DNA from: a bacterium
GTDB lineage: Bacteria; UBA8248
DNA: 64,000 nt
Direction of reading: 5' to 3'
NCBI GenBank assembly: GCA_965213625.1
Contig: CBDBZU010000004.1
Location: 2,784,001-2,848,000 of the forward strand
In this document: piece by piece, positions 47,936 through 56,637 of the stretch
Layout of the letters: every line of letters begins with the position of its first letter
Position numbering within the stretch: the stretch's first letter is position 1
Translations under genes and position numbers: made by a program
The notes under the pieces: model-generated
The model's input: only the letters and a program-made list of their open reading frames with translations
Told to the model about the DNA's origin: nothing
Databases searched by the model: none

Positions 47936-48979
47936 TTGGCTCCGAGCCGCAAGAAGCCCAAGAGTTCTCTTGCTGCGATTTCCGATGTGCAAAACGCACC
48001 GACTCAACCCGTATACTTATTGGAAGGCAAAGATTTTTATTTGCGGGATGAATACTTGCGCGTTATTCGCAACAAGATTTTTGGAGATGGGCCGGCTGAT
48101 TTCAACCATGACCGTTTCGACTGGGCCGAGGCCGATGCTTCCGAAATAATTTCAATCGCCCAGACGCTGCCATTCATGGCGGAGAAGCGCCTTGTCGAAA
48201 TTCTCAATTTCGCCAGGCCAGGCGAGAGGGATGAGCCTACATTCCTTAGATATCTCGAGCACCCGTCCGAATCCACAGTTATGGTTTTTTGTTTGGAAGG
48301 CGCCGACATGCGCACTAATTTCTTCCAGCGCCTGGTGAAGACTAGCGTGCATTGTCGGGTAGATATCCTGGAAGGGGAGGAATTAAGAAAATGGCTTCAT
48401 GGGCGCGCCGTGGAGTTGGGATTCGAGTTGCGGCCGGAGGCCGCCGATATATTGGTCGAAATGGTCAAACCCTCCATGATGAGGCTGAGCACCGAGCTCG
48501 AGAAAATCGCCTCCTACTTGATGCCGGGAACACTTGCGGGAGTGGAGGAGATTCGTGAAATAGTGGGCCACTCCAAAGAAGAGCTACTCTATAAACTGGG
48601 TGATTCACTCAGTCAGGGGAGCTTGGGTGGAACCCTCATTCTCTTGCGCCGGATGATGGAAAACGAACATCCCGTCGTTTTCATCGGGTTGCTGCGTAAT
48701 TTAATTCGGCGCTGGACGATTTCAAAGGCTTTGATTAGAAGCGGCCGGGGCGCCCAGGGCATAACTCAAGTGTTGGGCCTGCCGCCTTTTGTCGCGAGAA
48801 GGCTCGAGAGTCAGGTCAGGGGATTGGGTTCTGCCTATTTACGCGAGCTATATGGGAAGCTGCTTCAAGTGGATCGTAAGCTCAAGCGAACGAGCGACTT
48901 GAAGGTCGCTCGTCAGTCACTGGAGTTGTTTTTGGTGGATGTGCGTTCCTCTAGAAGCGGGAAGCACAAGGTTGCTTAG
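47936..48979 (+). CDS. holA: DNA polymerase III delta subunit
   Basis: PVYLLEG..FYL, TLPFMAEKRLV, TELEKI, VDRKLK; lptE-holA-rpsT context. Confidence 0.9.
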   Translation: MAPSRKKPKSSLAAISDVQNAPTQPVYLLEGKDFYLRDEYLRVIRNKIFGDGPADFNHDRFDWAEADASEIISIAQTLPFMAEKRLVEILNFARPGERDEPTFLRYLEHPSESTVMVFCLEGADMRTNFFQRLVKTSVHCRVDILEGEELRKWLHGRAVELGFELRPEAADILVEMVKPSMMRLSTELEKIASYLMPGTLAGVEEIREIVGHSKEELLYKLGDSLSQGSLGGTLILLRRMMENEHPVVFIGLLRNLIRRWTISKALIRSGRGAQGITQVLGLPPFVARRLESQVRGLGSAYLRELYGKLLQVDRKLKRTSDLKVARQSLELFLVDVRSSRSGKHKVA

Positions 48980-49237
48980 CTATTTTGAAGATGCCGCATG
49001 AATTCGTTTCGCCAATCTACCAGCCCTTCTCGACGCCGTTTTTTTGTGGATAATCCCTTTTGTGGCTGCGCGGTCCAGTTGCGACTGGGCTTTCCTCAAC
49101 AGTTCTTCGGAGCTTTCTTCACTACTCTCCAAGACCTGTTTGATGGTATTGCGAAACTGCGTGCGAATAGCGCGGTTTCTGTCGCGGCGAACGATATTCT
49201 GACGATTGCGCTTCTTGGCCGAACGAATATGAGGCAA
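48980..49237 (-). CDS. rpsT: 30S ribosomal protein S20
   Basis: MPHIRSAKKRNRQ..RR.RNR..., DRAATKGIIHKKTASR; TTG start. Confidence 0.95.
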   Translation of the reverse strand: MPHIRSAKKRNRQNIVRRDRNRAIRTQFRNTIKQVLESSEESSEELLRKAQSQLDRAATKGIIHKKTASRRAGRLAKRIHAASSK

Positions 49238-49355
49238 TTTGGTTCATTCTCCGTGAATATAGTTGAAATGTTTCCCTTGAGGCTGTTTCACAGCCCCGGT
49301 AAAATACCACGGAATAAAGGGTTGTCAAGCTTACCGCCCAGGTGTCAGGAATTTT

Positions 49356-51035
49356 GTGACAACGCCACCTGAATCCTCTAATCACGAACAAGAAGAAAAT
49401 ATTTCTCCTGCTGCGCCGGTAGATAATGGTGATTCATCGGCGGAGGAGAGCATTTCCAGATTTGCGGGTCCAGTCAGCTTGGCGACGCTCATCAGCCGTA
49501 TTGCGGGTTTTTTCCGTGATTTGCTCATTGCCAAATTTTTTGGCGCCGCGATGATGGCCGATGCTTTTTTCGTCGCTTTTGCGATTCCCAATCTATTCAG
49601 GCGTATGTTTATGGAAGGGGCGCTGAGTTCCTCGTTTCTTCCCGTCTACTCCGACATACGTGAGCAATCTGGGGCCAGAGAGGCGAAAAAATTCGCCGGT
49701 GGAATGATTGTGTTTCTCATCTTCGCGGGAAGTGTGGGTTGCGCGATTGGGATTTGGTTCGCGGAGCCGTTGATGAGAGCGCTGGCGCCTGGATTTACGA
49801 GCAACCCGGAAAAGCTGCATCTCGCTGCCCAGCTCACCAGAATCATGTTCCCATTCATCATTTTTATCGGCCTGTGGGCGGTCGCGGCAGGAATGTTGAA
49901 CGCGGCGCGTCGTTTTTTCGTGCCCGCTTTCGCCCCCGCCCTCCAGAATGTGGTTATCATCATCGCCCTTTTGTTAGCGGGTTATTGGGCAAGCAGTGCG
50001 GAAGCCATCCGCTGGCTCGCCTGGGCCGTCGTAATCGGCGGGGCGGTGCAGTTTTTATTCCAACTCCCTTTCATGGGGAAATTACGGATTTTTCCGCATC
50101 CTTCCATCCCCTGGCGTGTGGAGGGCGTCGGCAGGTGCTTGGCGCTAATGGGACCAGCGGCTCTTGGCGGCGCAATTTTTCAGGTCAATGTTCTCGTCGA
50201 TCGATGGTTGGCTTCGTTCCTGGCCGAAGGGTCCATCTCGTATCTCTATTATGCGAACAGATTGGTACAGCTTCCTCACGGCATATTGAGCCTCGCGGTG
50301 GTGTCCGCCGTTCTACCGGTCTTATCTGATTATGCGGCGAAAAACAGGGAAAATTCTACAACTGGAGATTCTGAGCGCAACACCATGCTCGAAGCGGGAC
50401 GTCTGACGTTATTCATCACCATTCCCGCTACATTTGGCTTGATGGCTTTGGCCTACCCGATCATGGAGGTTATTTTCGAGCGGGGGGCATTTACAGAAAC
50501 CCATACGATTGCGAGCGCGGCTGCCTTGCGGGCGTATGCGGCAGGGTTGATGTTTTTCGGAGTCACGAGGCTTTTGGCCGGGGTGTTTCACGCCCGATTG
50601 AACACGAGTTTTCCGGTGAGGTGCGCCAATATCGCTGTCCTCACGAATATAGCGCTCAGTGTTGCTCTGATGTTCCCTCTCGGGTTTATCGGTCTCGCGC
50701 TGGCAACGTCTTGCTCAAGCGCTCTGAACGCGGTGTTGTTGCTGAGAGGTGTCATGCGGGAGTGGAGCGAATTTCCGAAAAATGAGTTTGCTCGTTCCTT
50801 GAACAGGCTCCTGGTGCTAGGAATCTTAACGGGGTTGCTCGCATTTTTCCTTCATCATCAACTCGTTAATCTGCAGCTATGGGATGCGCAGGGCGCGTCG
50901 GTGTTTAAATTGCTGTTGATGATGATTGAAGTGACCTTGGCAGGTAGTTTCTACATTGTCGTGGCGAAAAAAATCGATGCTCCTTCTTATGAGTCATGGT
51001 GTCGTTTCATCCGCCTCACATGGAGGAAATCCTGA
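49356..51035 (+). CDS. murJ: Lipid II flippase MurJ
   Basis: SRIAGFFRD, ADAFFVAFAIPNLFRRMFMEGAL, SYLYYANRLVQLP, FERGAF, GLALATS. Confidence 0.95.
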   Translation: MTTPPESSNHEQEENISPAAPVDNGDSSAEESISRFAGPVSLATLISRIAGFFRDLLIAKFFGAAMMADAFFVAFAIPNLFRRMFMEGALSSSFLPVYSDIREQSGAREAKKFAGGMIVFLIFAGSVGCAIGIWFAEPLMRALAPGFTSNPEKLHLAAQLTRIMFPFIIFIGLWAVAAGMLNAARRFFVPAFAPALQNVVIIIALLLAGYWASSAEAIRWLAWAVVIGGAVQFLFQLPFMGKLRIFPHPSIPWRVEGVGRCLALMGPAALGGAIFQVNVLVDRWLASFLAEGSISYLYYANRLVQLPHGILSLAVVSAVLPVLSDYAAKNRENSTTGDSERNTMLEAGRLTLFITIPATFGLMALAYPIMEVIFERGAFTETHTIASAAALRAYAAGLMFFGVTRLLAGVFHARLNTSFPVRCANIAVLTNIALSVALMFPLGFIGLALATSCSSALNAVLLLRGVMREWSEFPKNEFARSLNRLLVLGILTGLLAFFLHHQLVNLQLWDAQGASVFKLLLMMIEVTLAGSFYIVVAKKIDAPSYESWCRFIRLTWRKS

Positions 51036-51052
51036 GCAATGAGGTTCGGACG

Positions 51053-52006
51053 ATGACGAAGGATAAATTTGTAACGAAAGGGCATGAAAAAAGTAACGGG
51101 GATTCTCTGGATGTTCATCTGGCGGATATTGTAAGGACTTTCAGGGATTTCCTTCTGATCGAACGCCGCCGTGCGGTGAATACTGTGGAGAGTTATGGGC
51201 GAGACATTGAATCGTTTTTCTTTTGGCTGCAGGCAAACGAAGATGCTTCACCGACGAATTGGTCGAAAAACACCGTTATCGAATATTTGAAGGATATGCG
51301 GCAGAAGGGAAAATCAGGCACCACGCTGCGTCGTCACCTGGCGTCCATTCGAGCCCTTGCCAAGTTGTTGGTCCGTGATGGGTGCGTCAAGGAGGATTTT
51401 ACGGCTGACATTGTGCAGCCTTCGAAATGGAAGCGTTTACCCAAAACTCTTTCGCAAGAAGATATATCCAAGATTTTGCTGGCGCCCGATGACAAAACGC
51501 CGCAGGCGGTTCGGGACAGAGCCATGTTCGAACTATTGTACGCCACCGGCATGCGAGTCAGCGAGATTATTGGACTCAAACTCAATCAAATTGAACTTGA
51601 GTCGGGTTTTTGCATCGTTCATGGAAAGGGAGATAAATCCCGGCTTGTTCCCATAGGAGATGCCGCGAAAGAAATGCTCACGGAATATCTGGATACCGCT
51701 CGTCTGAGTCTTCTGCGCGCCCGGAAGTCGGATTATGTATTTCTAACGAGCCGGGCAGGACCCATGACCCGCCAGGCTTTTTGGGCGCGGGTCAAGAGGT
51801 GGGCAAAAATTGCGGGTGTAGGAAAAAATGTTAGTCCCCATGTGTTTCGACACAGCTTCGCGACTCATCTGCTCAATCACGGGGCCGACCTGCGTGCCGT
51901 CCAGGCGATGCTCGGGCATTCAGATCTTTCCACCACAGAAGTTTACACGCATGTAGACAGGCAAAACCTGCGGAGACTTTTGGACAAGAGCCATCCGAGA
52001 GGATAG
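51053..52006 (+). CDS. xerD: Tyrosine recombinase XerD
   Basis: NTVESY.RD, RLPKTLS, RDRAMFELLYATGMRVSE, GKGDK.RLVP, SPHVFRHSFATHLLNHGADLRAVQAMLGH.DLSTT..YTHV. Confidence 0.93.
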   Translation: MTKDKFVTKGHEKSNGDSLDVHLADIVRTFRDFLLIERRRAVNTVESYGRDIESFFFWLQANEDASPTNWSKNTVIEYLKDMRQKGKSGTTLRRHLASIRALAKLLVRDGCVKEDFTADIVQPSKWKRLPKTLSQEDISKILLAPDDKTPQAVRDRAMFELLYATGMRVSEIIGLKLNQIELESGFCIVHGKGDKSRLVPIGDAAKEMLTEYLDTARLSLLRARKSDYVFLTSRAGPMTRQAFWARVKRWAKIAGVGKNVSPHVFRHSFATHLLNHGADLRAVQAMLGHSDLSTTEVYTHVDRQNLRRLLDKSHPRG

Positions 52007-52041
52007 AGAATAGAAAGCGAAATAAAAATGAAGTTCTTTTG

Positions 52042-52070
52042 TTGACGCCTGAAATTCTGGGGCGTACGAT
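52042..52070 (+). promoter_or_regulatory. Sigma70-type promoter for the phoH cluster
   Basis: TTGACG-N17-TACGAT with an A/T-rich upstream element. Confidence 0.6.
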
Positions 52071-52135
52071 CAAACATTGCATGGGATATCGATTTTTTTA
52101 AAACCGAAAATGTAGATACGGGGAGCCTCAAACTT

Positions 52136-53092
52136 TTGGCGACAAGAATGTCTGCAAGCCCGCTGGCCGGGCCGGATAGGTTGGTTCATATCATTGGAAA
52201 TCGGGATGAATCTCTCAAGGCTGTGGAGAGGGCTTTTGACGTAAAAATTAGAATAGCATCAGAGGGGTTCGTGGTTGAAGGTCCACCTGATGCCGCCGAG
52301 AAGGCCCGACTGTTTCTGGATGAGTTGACTGAATGCGTGGACGAGGGCTTTCGATTTGATTCGTTGAACATCAAGACGCTGGCTCAAGCCATTGCGGTGG
52401 AACAAGACGTTACGCTTCGATCTTTGGTGGAAAATCGGATATCTGTTTCATCGAAGAAACGATACGTCGTTCCCAAAGGTCCGGTCCAGAGCGAATACAT
52501 AAGGGCGATACGTGATAAAGGGGTAACTTTCGGAATCGGACCAGCCGGAACGGGGAAAACCTATCTAGCAATGGCCATGGCGGTTTCCGGATTGTTGGAG
52601 AAAGCATACGCTCGCATTGTCTTGACGAGGCCCGTTGTGGAGGCGGGAGAGAAGCTCGGATATTTGCCTGGTGATTTACAGGAGAAGGTGAATCCATATC
52701 TCAGACCGCTGTTTGACGCTCTAAATGATATGGTGGAATTTGAGCGGGTGGATCGTTTCATTCAAAGAGGTGAGATAGAGATAGCGCCACTCGCATATAT
52801 GAGGGGCCGTTCACTGAATGATTCTTTTATTATATTAGATGAGGCGCAGAACACGACGCCCGAGCAGATGAAGATGTTCCTTACACGACTGGGCACTCGG
52901 AGCAAAGCTGTCGTAACGGGGGATATTACGCAAATCGATTTGCCCGAAAAATCCGGGTGCGGGCTGATTCACGCACAAGAAGTCTTGAGAGATTTAGAAG
53001 ACGTTTGTTTCGTCTATTTTAGTGAGCGAGATGTGGTTCGCACGCACTTGGTGAGAAGAATCGTTTCTGCATACGAGGCCCACAGTCTATAA
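52136..53092 (+). CDS. phoH: PhoH family ATPase
   Basis: GPAGTGKTYLA, RPVVEAGEKLGYLPG, APLAYMRGRSL, DEAQN, GDITQIDL. Confidence 0.95.
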   Translation: MATRMSASPLAGPDRLVHIIGNRDESLKAVERAFDVKIRIASEGFVVEGPPDAAEKARLFLDELTECVDEGFRFDSLNIKTLAQAIAVEQDVTLRSLVENRISVSSKKRYVVPKGPVQSEYIRAIRDKGVTFGIGPAGTGKTYLAMAMAVSGLLEKAYARIVLTRPVVEAGEKLGYLPGDLQEKVNPYLRPLFDALNDMVEFERVDRFIQRGEIEIAPLAYMRGRSLNDSFIILDEAQNTTPEQMKMFLTRLGTRSKAVVTGDITQIDLPEKSGCGLIHAQEVLRDLEDVCFVYFSERDVVRTHLVRRIVSAYEAHSL

Positions 53093-53176
53093 GCGAGTTC
53101 TATAAAGAGAACTTGCACAGCCGAGGGCGTTCACATATAGCCGATACGTCCACGATCCCTTCTTCACTGAAGGATT

Positions 53177-55678
53177 TTGGAGGTTAATCGCGTGATCCAT
53201 CGAACCGGCATTGGAAAAACTGCCGGAAAATCCCAAAACATCTTTTTACGTCAATTTGCGTTGCTGGGGCGGTTTCTCGCGGATTGTGTTCTGTCATTCA
53301 CAAACACGAGGGCGTATCCATGGGTCCTGGGCGTAACGCTCTCTACTTTGCTCTCGTTTCTTCTTACAACCGATCTGTCGGCGCCACGTGTATCTTTTGA
53401 AGTGGGTGATGTGGTGCCCAGGGATGTAAAAGCACCTCAAGATATGCGTGTGGTCGATCCGATCGCCACGAATGCGAAGCGCCAGGCAGCCAGAGAAAAA
53501 GTTTTGCCTCGCTACGATATCGATACACAGCTTTCTAAAGTTGTGCTCACAAAATTGAATGGTGCCTTTGAGTCCATTCAACGGACGGTAGACAAAGAAC
53601 TCGAAAATGTGAAAGCCCAGCAATTGAACATACGCACCAAACAGAAGAGTCGGTCACTATTCTCCGAATCGGAAGCTTATCGAGAGTTGTACGCTTCACC
53701 TGCCTTTATCAAGGCGGAAAGTGCGTTTCATAAGCTGGTCGGTGGCGAAGTTCCAAAAAAACTGTCGGCTTGGTTGAGAAGTGAGAGGTTTGCAAACTGG
53801 ATACAGAAGGATATCGCCAAGCTGTTAAAGGAAGCATACGCGCGCCAAATAGTGAGCGACAAGAGATTATACGCCACCCATGCGTCGAAGGGGATAACGG
53901 CACGCGACATAAGAACGGGGAATCGCGTCTCCGTCAGCCCAACCATGAGCCCTTTGGAACTCAGGCAGGTCGATAAATTACTCAAGCGAGAAGCACGGAA
54001 TGTATCCCTCAGGATTCCTTGGCGCATCAGGAGTCTGCTAGTCTCCCAAGTCTTGAAAATGGTTCAGCCAACCTTGACGTTCAACAACAGGGCGACACTC
54101 GAGAGCAGAGAAAAGGTTGCGGCTTCCGTCCCACCTGTTTCCGAAGTGCTTAAGCAAGGGGAAATGATCGTTCGCGAGGGAGAACGCTTGAACGAAGGAC
54201 AAATCATCAAACTCAAGAGCTTGGAGAAAATTTACCGACAAAGTCATGTCTTCGGTAACTTCACTGGCACAGCTTTGGTGATTTTCATCTTGCTCATTCT
54301 TGCATGGATTTGTGTGCAAAAATACGATGGGAGTTTTTTGTCATCGCAAAAAAACGTAACACTCTTCGTGATACTGCTTTTAAGTCAAGCTGTTTTACTG
54401 AAAATGGGCATTCTGTTCTCAGAAGTGTTGCATGAAACTTTTCGGGGAATTCCGCTCCATTCGTTTTACTATATAATTCCATTTTGCTCCGCTTCTCTTC
54501 TTGCAGCCGTTTTGCAAGGACGTTCAGCAGCGGTGCTGATGGCGGTTTTCTCCGCGGTATTAACCGGACTAATTTTGCCGAACCACATCAATTTCAGCCT
54601 CATCGCCCTGGGGGGCGGCGTGCTTGCGGCCATTCGCTGGAAAGAATATCGGCGCAGGACTTCCGTGCTTATCGTAGCGCTCATCCTGGGTTTGTTGGGG
54701 GCTGCGCTCGCACTGGGGTTCAACGTACAAGAAGGTTTCGGCGCAGCGATTATTAAATGGACTGATATTCCCATCGCTTTGCTCGGCGGCCTTTCAAACG
54801 TCATTATCGTGGCGGGTGCCATGCCCTTGCTCGAGTCGATTTTCAAGCTCACGACCGATATGCGCCTTCTGGAATTGGCCGATCAGAATCACCCGTTGTT
54901 GAGAAAAATGGTCGTTAGCGCACCGGGCACCTACCACCACAGTCTTCTCGTGGGCAACTTGGCGGAGGAGGCGTCCGAGGCGATCGGTGCGAATCCGCTT
55001 CTAACACGTGTGGGTGCATATTTTCACGATATAGGCAAGATGATGAAGCCAGAGTATTTTATTGAAAATCAGGGGCGGGAAAACCGTCACGATAGACTCA
55101 AACCCAACATGAGCGCGCTTGTCCTGATCAGCCATGTGAAGGAGGGCGTCGAACTTGCGAGAAGCCATCAACTGCCAAAAGAGATTATCGATTTAATTCA
55201 ACAACATCATGGCACATCCTTGATTCGCTATTTTCATGAGAAAGCGAAGAAGCACGAAGGGGATGGCGTGACTGAAGAATTTTTTCGCTACCCGGGACCA
55301 AGACCCCAGACGAGAGAGGCGGGCATCCTGATGTTGGCTGATATGGTTGAGGCATCGTCTCACTCGCTTTCGGATCACTCTCTCGGGCGCCTTAGCGCCC
55401 TGGTGGATCGAATCGTCCAAAGTGCTTTTGTTGAGGGACAATTGGACAATTGCAGCCTCACGCTCAGAGATTTGAGCAACATTCAAGAAGCTTTCATGCG
55501 CGTTTTGGTTGGTATACATCATCACCGGATTCATTATCCAGGACAAGAAGATGCTCCCAGGAAAGGAGCCGCGAATGGAAGTCCTCATCAAAAACGATCA
55601 AAAGCTCTTCGCGCTGGATCACAAAGCGCTGAGGCAACGTTTGAAGGTCATAGAGAGAGCTCTTCAGTCCGAAGATGA
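53177..55678 (+). CDS. 7TM-HD (HDIG) phosphohydrolase, PgpH-like
   Basis: Large extracytoplasmic domain, about 7 TM helices, APGTYHHSL.V.NLAE, YFHDIGK, QHHGT, YPGPRPQTRE..ILMLAD; start uncertain. Confidence 0.92.
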   Translation: MEVNRVIHRTGIGKTAGKSQNIFLRQFALLGRFLADCVLSFTNTRAYPWVLGVTLSTLLSFLLTTDLSAPRVSFEVGDVVPRDVKAPQDMRVVDPIATNAKRQAAREKVLPRYDIDTQLSKVVLTKLNGAFESIQRTVDKELENVKAQQLNIRTKQKSRSLFSESEAYRELYASPAFIKAESAFHKLVGGEVPKKLSAWLRSERFANWIQKDIAKLLKEAYARQIVSDKRLYATHASKGITARDIRTGNRVSVSPTMSPLELRQVDKLLKREARNVSLRIPWRIRSLLVSQVLKMVQPTLTFNNRATLESREKVAASVPPVSEVLKQGEMIVREGERLNEGQIIKLKSLEKIYRQSHVFGNFTGTALVIFILLILAWICVQKYDGSFLSSQKNVTLFVILLLSQAVLLKMGILFSEVLHETFRGIPLHSFYYIIPFCSASLLAAVLQGRSAAVLMAVFSAVLTGLILPNHINFSLIALGGGVLAAIRWKEYRRRTSVLIVALILGLLGAALALGFNVQEGFGAAIIKWTDIPIALLGGLSNVIIVAGAMPLLESIFKLTTDMRLLELADQNHPLLRKMVVSAPGTYHHSLLVGNLAEEASEAIGANPLLTRVGAYFHDIGKMMKPEYFIENQGRENRHDRLKPNMSALVLISHVKEGVELARSHQLPKEIIDLIQQHHGTSLIRYFHEKAKKHEGDGVTEEFFRYPGPRPQTREAGILMLADMVEASSHSLSDHSLGRLSALVDRIVQSAFVEGQLDNCSLTLRDLSNIQEAFMRVLVGIHHHRIHYPGQEDAPRKGAANGSPHQKRSKALRAGSQSAEATFEGHRESSSVRR

Positions 55679-56057
55679 TTGGATCAGCCTTGCTTTCATT
55701 CGAGACGAGGAGATGCGGGCTTTAAATTCTCGATATCGGGGAGAAGATGAAACAACGGATGTATTGGCATTTCCGCCTACCGACTTCTTCCCACATGGGG
55801 GTGAGCAAGAAGAGGGGAAGTCATTCTTGGGAGAAGTAGTCATCTGCGTAGATGAAGTGCTTCGCCAAGCGGAAACGGAGGCGGTAGATTACGGACTCAT
55901 GGCAGGTCGCCTGCTCGTACATGGCCTTTTGCACCTAAAAGGGTATGATCATTACACGAAGTCGGAATCAGCGCGCATGAGTGAGGAAGAGAAAAGGATA
56001 GCCTTTCTACTGAACGGGGGATGGCTGTCTCGACAAAAACCGGGGAATCTTGAGTAA
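55575..56057 (+). CDS. ybeY: rRNA maturation endoribonuclease YbeY
   Basis: LNSRYRG.DETTDVLAF, LGEVVI, HGLLHLKGYDH; SD AAGGAG before ATG 55575. Confidence 0.93.
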   Translation: MEVLIKNDQKLFALDHKALRQRLKVIERALQSEDDWISLAFIRDEEMRALNSRYRGEDETTDVLAFPPTDFFPHGGEQEEGKSFLGEVVICVDEVLRQAETEAVDYGLMAGRLLVHGLLHLKGYDHYTKSESARMSEEEKRIAFLLNGGWLSRQKPGNLE

Positions 56058-56236
56058 ATAATTGTAGGCACGACGACGTAGAAAATTTTCAGTTATTTAC
56101 ACATCGTATCTCGTATGAGAGATCATATTGTTGCTCGTCCGCGGTGGAGCGTAAGTGATACCCTAAAATTATAGACATTCTGCAATCAATTCCGCCCTGA
56201 TTTTGAATTCTGAAACCCTATGGACTTGGTGGTGAT

Positions 56237-56635
56237 ATGGGTAGTCTTCGACTCATCATCGGTTTGATTCTGGCTTTGGCGATATCGAGCTTCGGTGTCA
56301 TCAACATGCAACCGGTGACCGTTGCCTATTATCAGGGCAGCTTCAACTTGCCTCTTTTTTATGTGCTTTTGGCCGTGTTCGCATGTGGATTCATGGTGGC
56401 ATGGCTTGGAGGGGCATTGGATAGATTGAAGTTCAGGAACCAGATAGGAAAATTGAAGCGCGAAGTAAAGACGATGGAGATTAATCTGGACGAGGTGCGA
56501 GAGAAAAGCGGCAAGCTTCTTACGATGGGAAATACACAAGACGATGAATCCGCTAGCGCAATTGATAAATCAACACCAGAAACTGAATCCAAATCTCAGA
56601 TGAGCTTATCCCCCCGCGATTCAAAGGCGAAGTAG
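56237..56635 (+). CDS. LapA (DUF1049) family membrane protein
   Basis: TM helix, F...NMQPVTV.Y....LPL, second TM helix, then coiled coil. Confidence 0.78.
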   Translation: MGSLRLIIGLILALAISSFGVINMQPVTVAYYQGSFNLPLFYVLLAVFACGFMVAWLGGALDRLKFRNQIGKLKREVKTMEINLDEVREKSGKLLTMGNTQDDESASAIDKSTPETESKSQMSLSPRDSKAK

Positions 56636-56637
56636 GT

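Noticed and set aside
51053-52006. Tyrosine recombinase as a prophage or island integrase
   Set aside because: Motifs and housekeeping context fit chromosomal XerD; no att sites or cargo were seen.
53093-53116. Hairpin after phoH as an intrinsic terminator
   Set aside because: A stem exists (GCGAGTTCT/AGAACTTGC) but there is no U-tract, and it lies inside a normally co-transcribed cluster.
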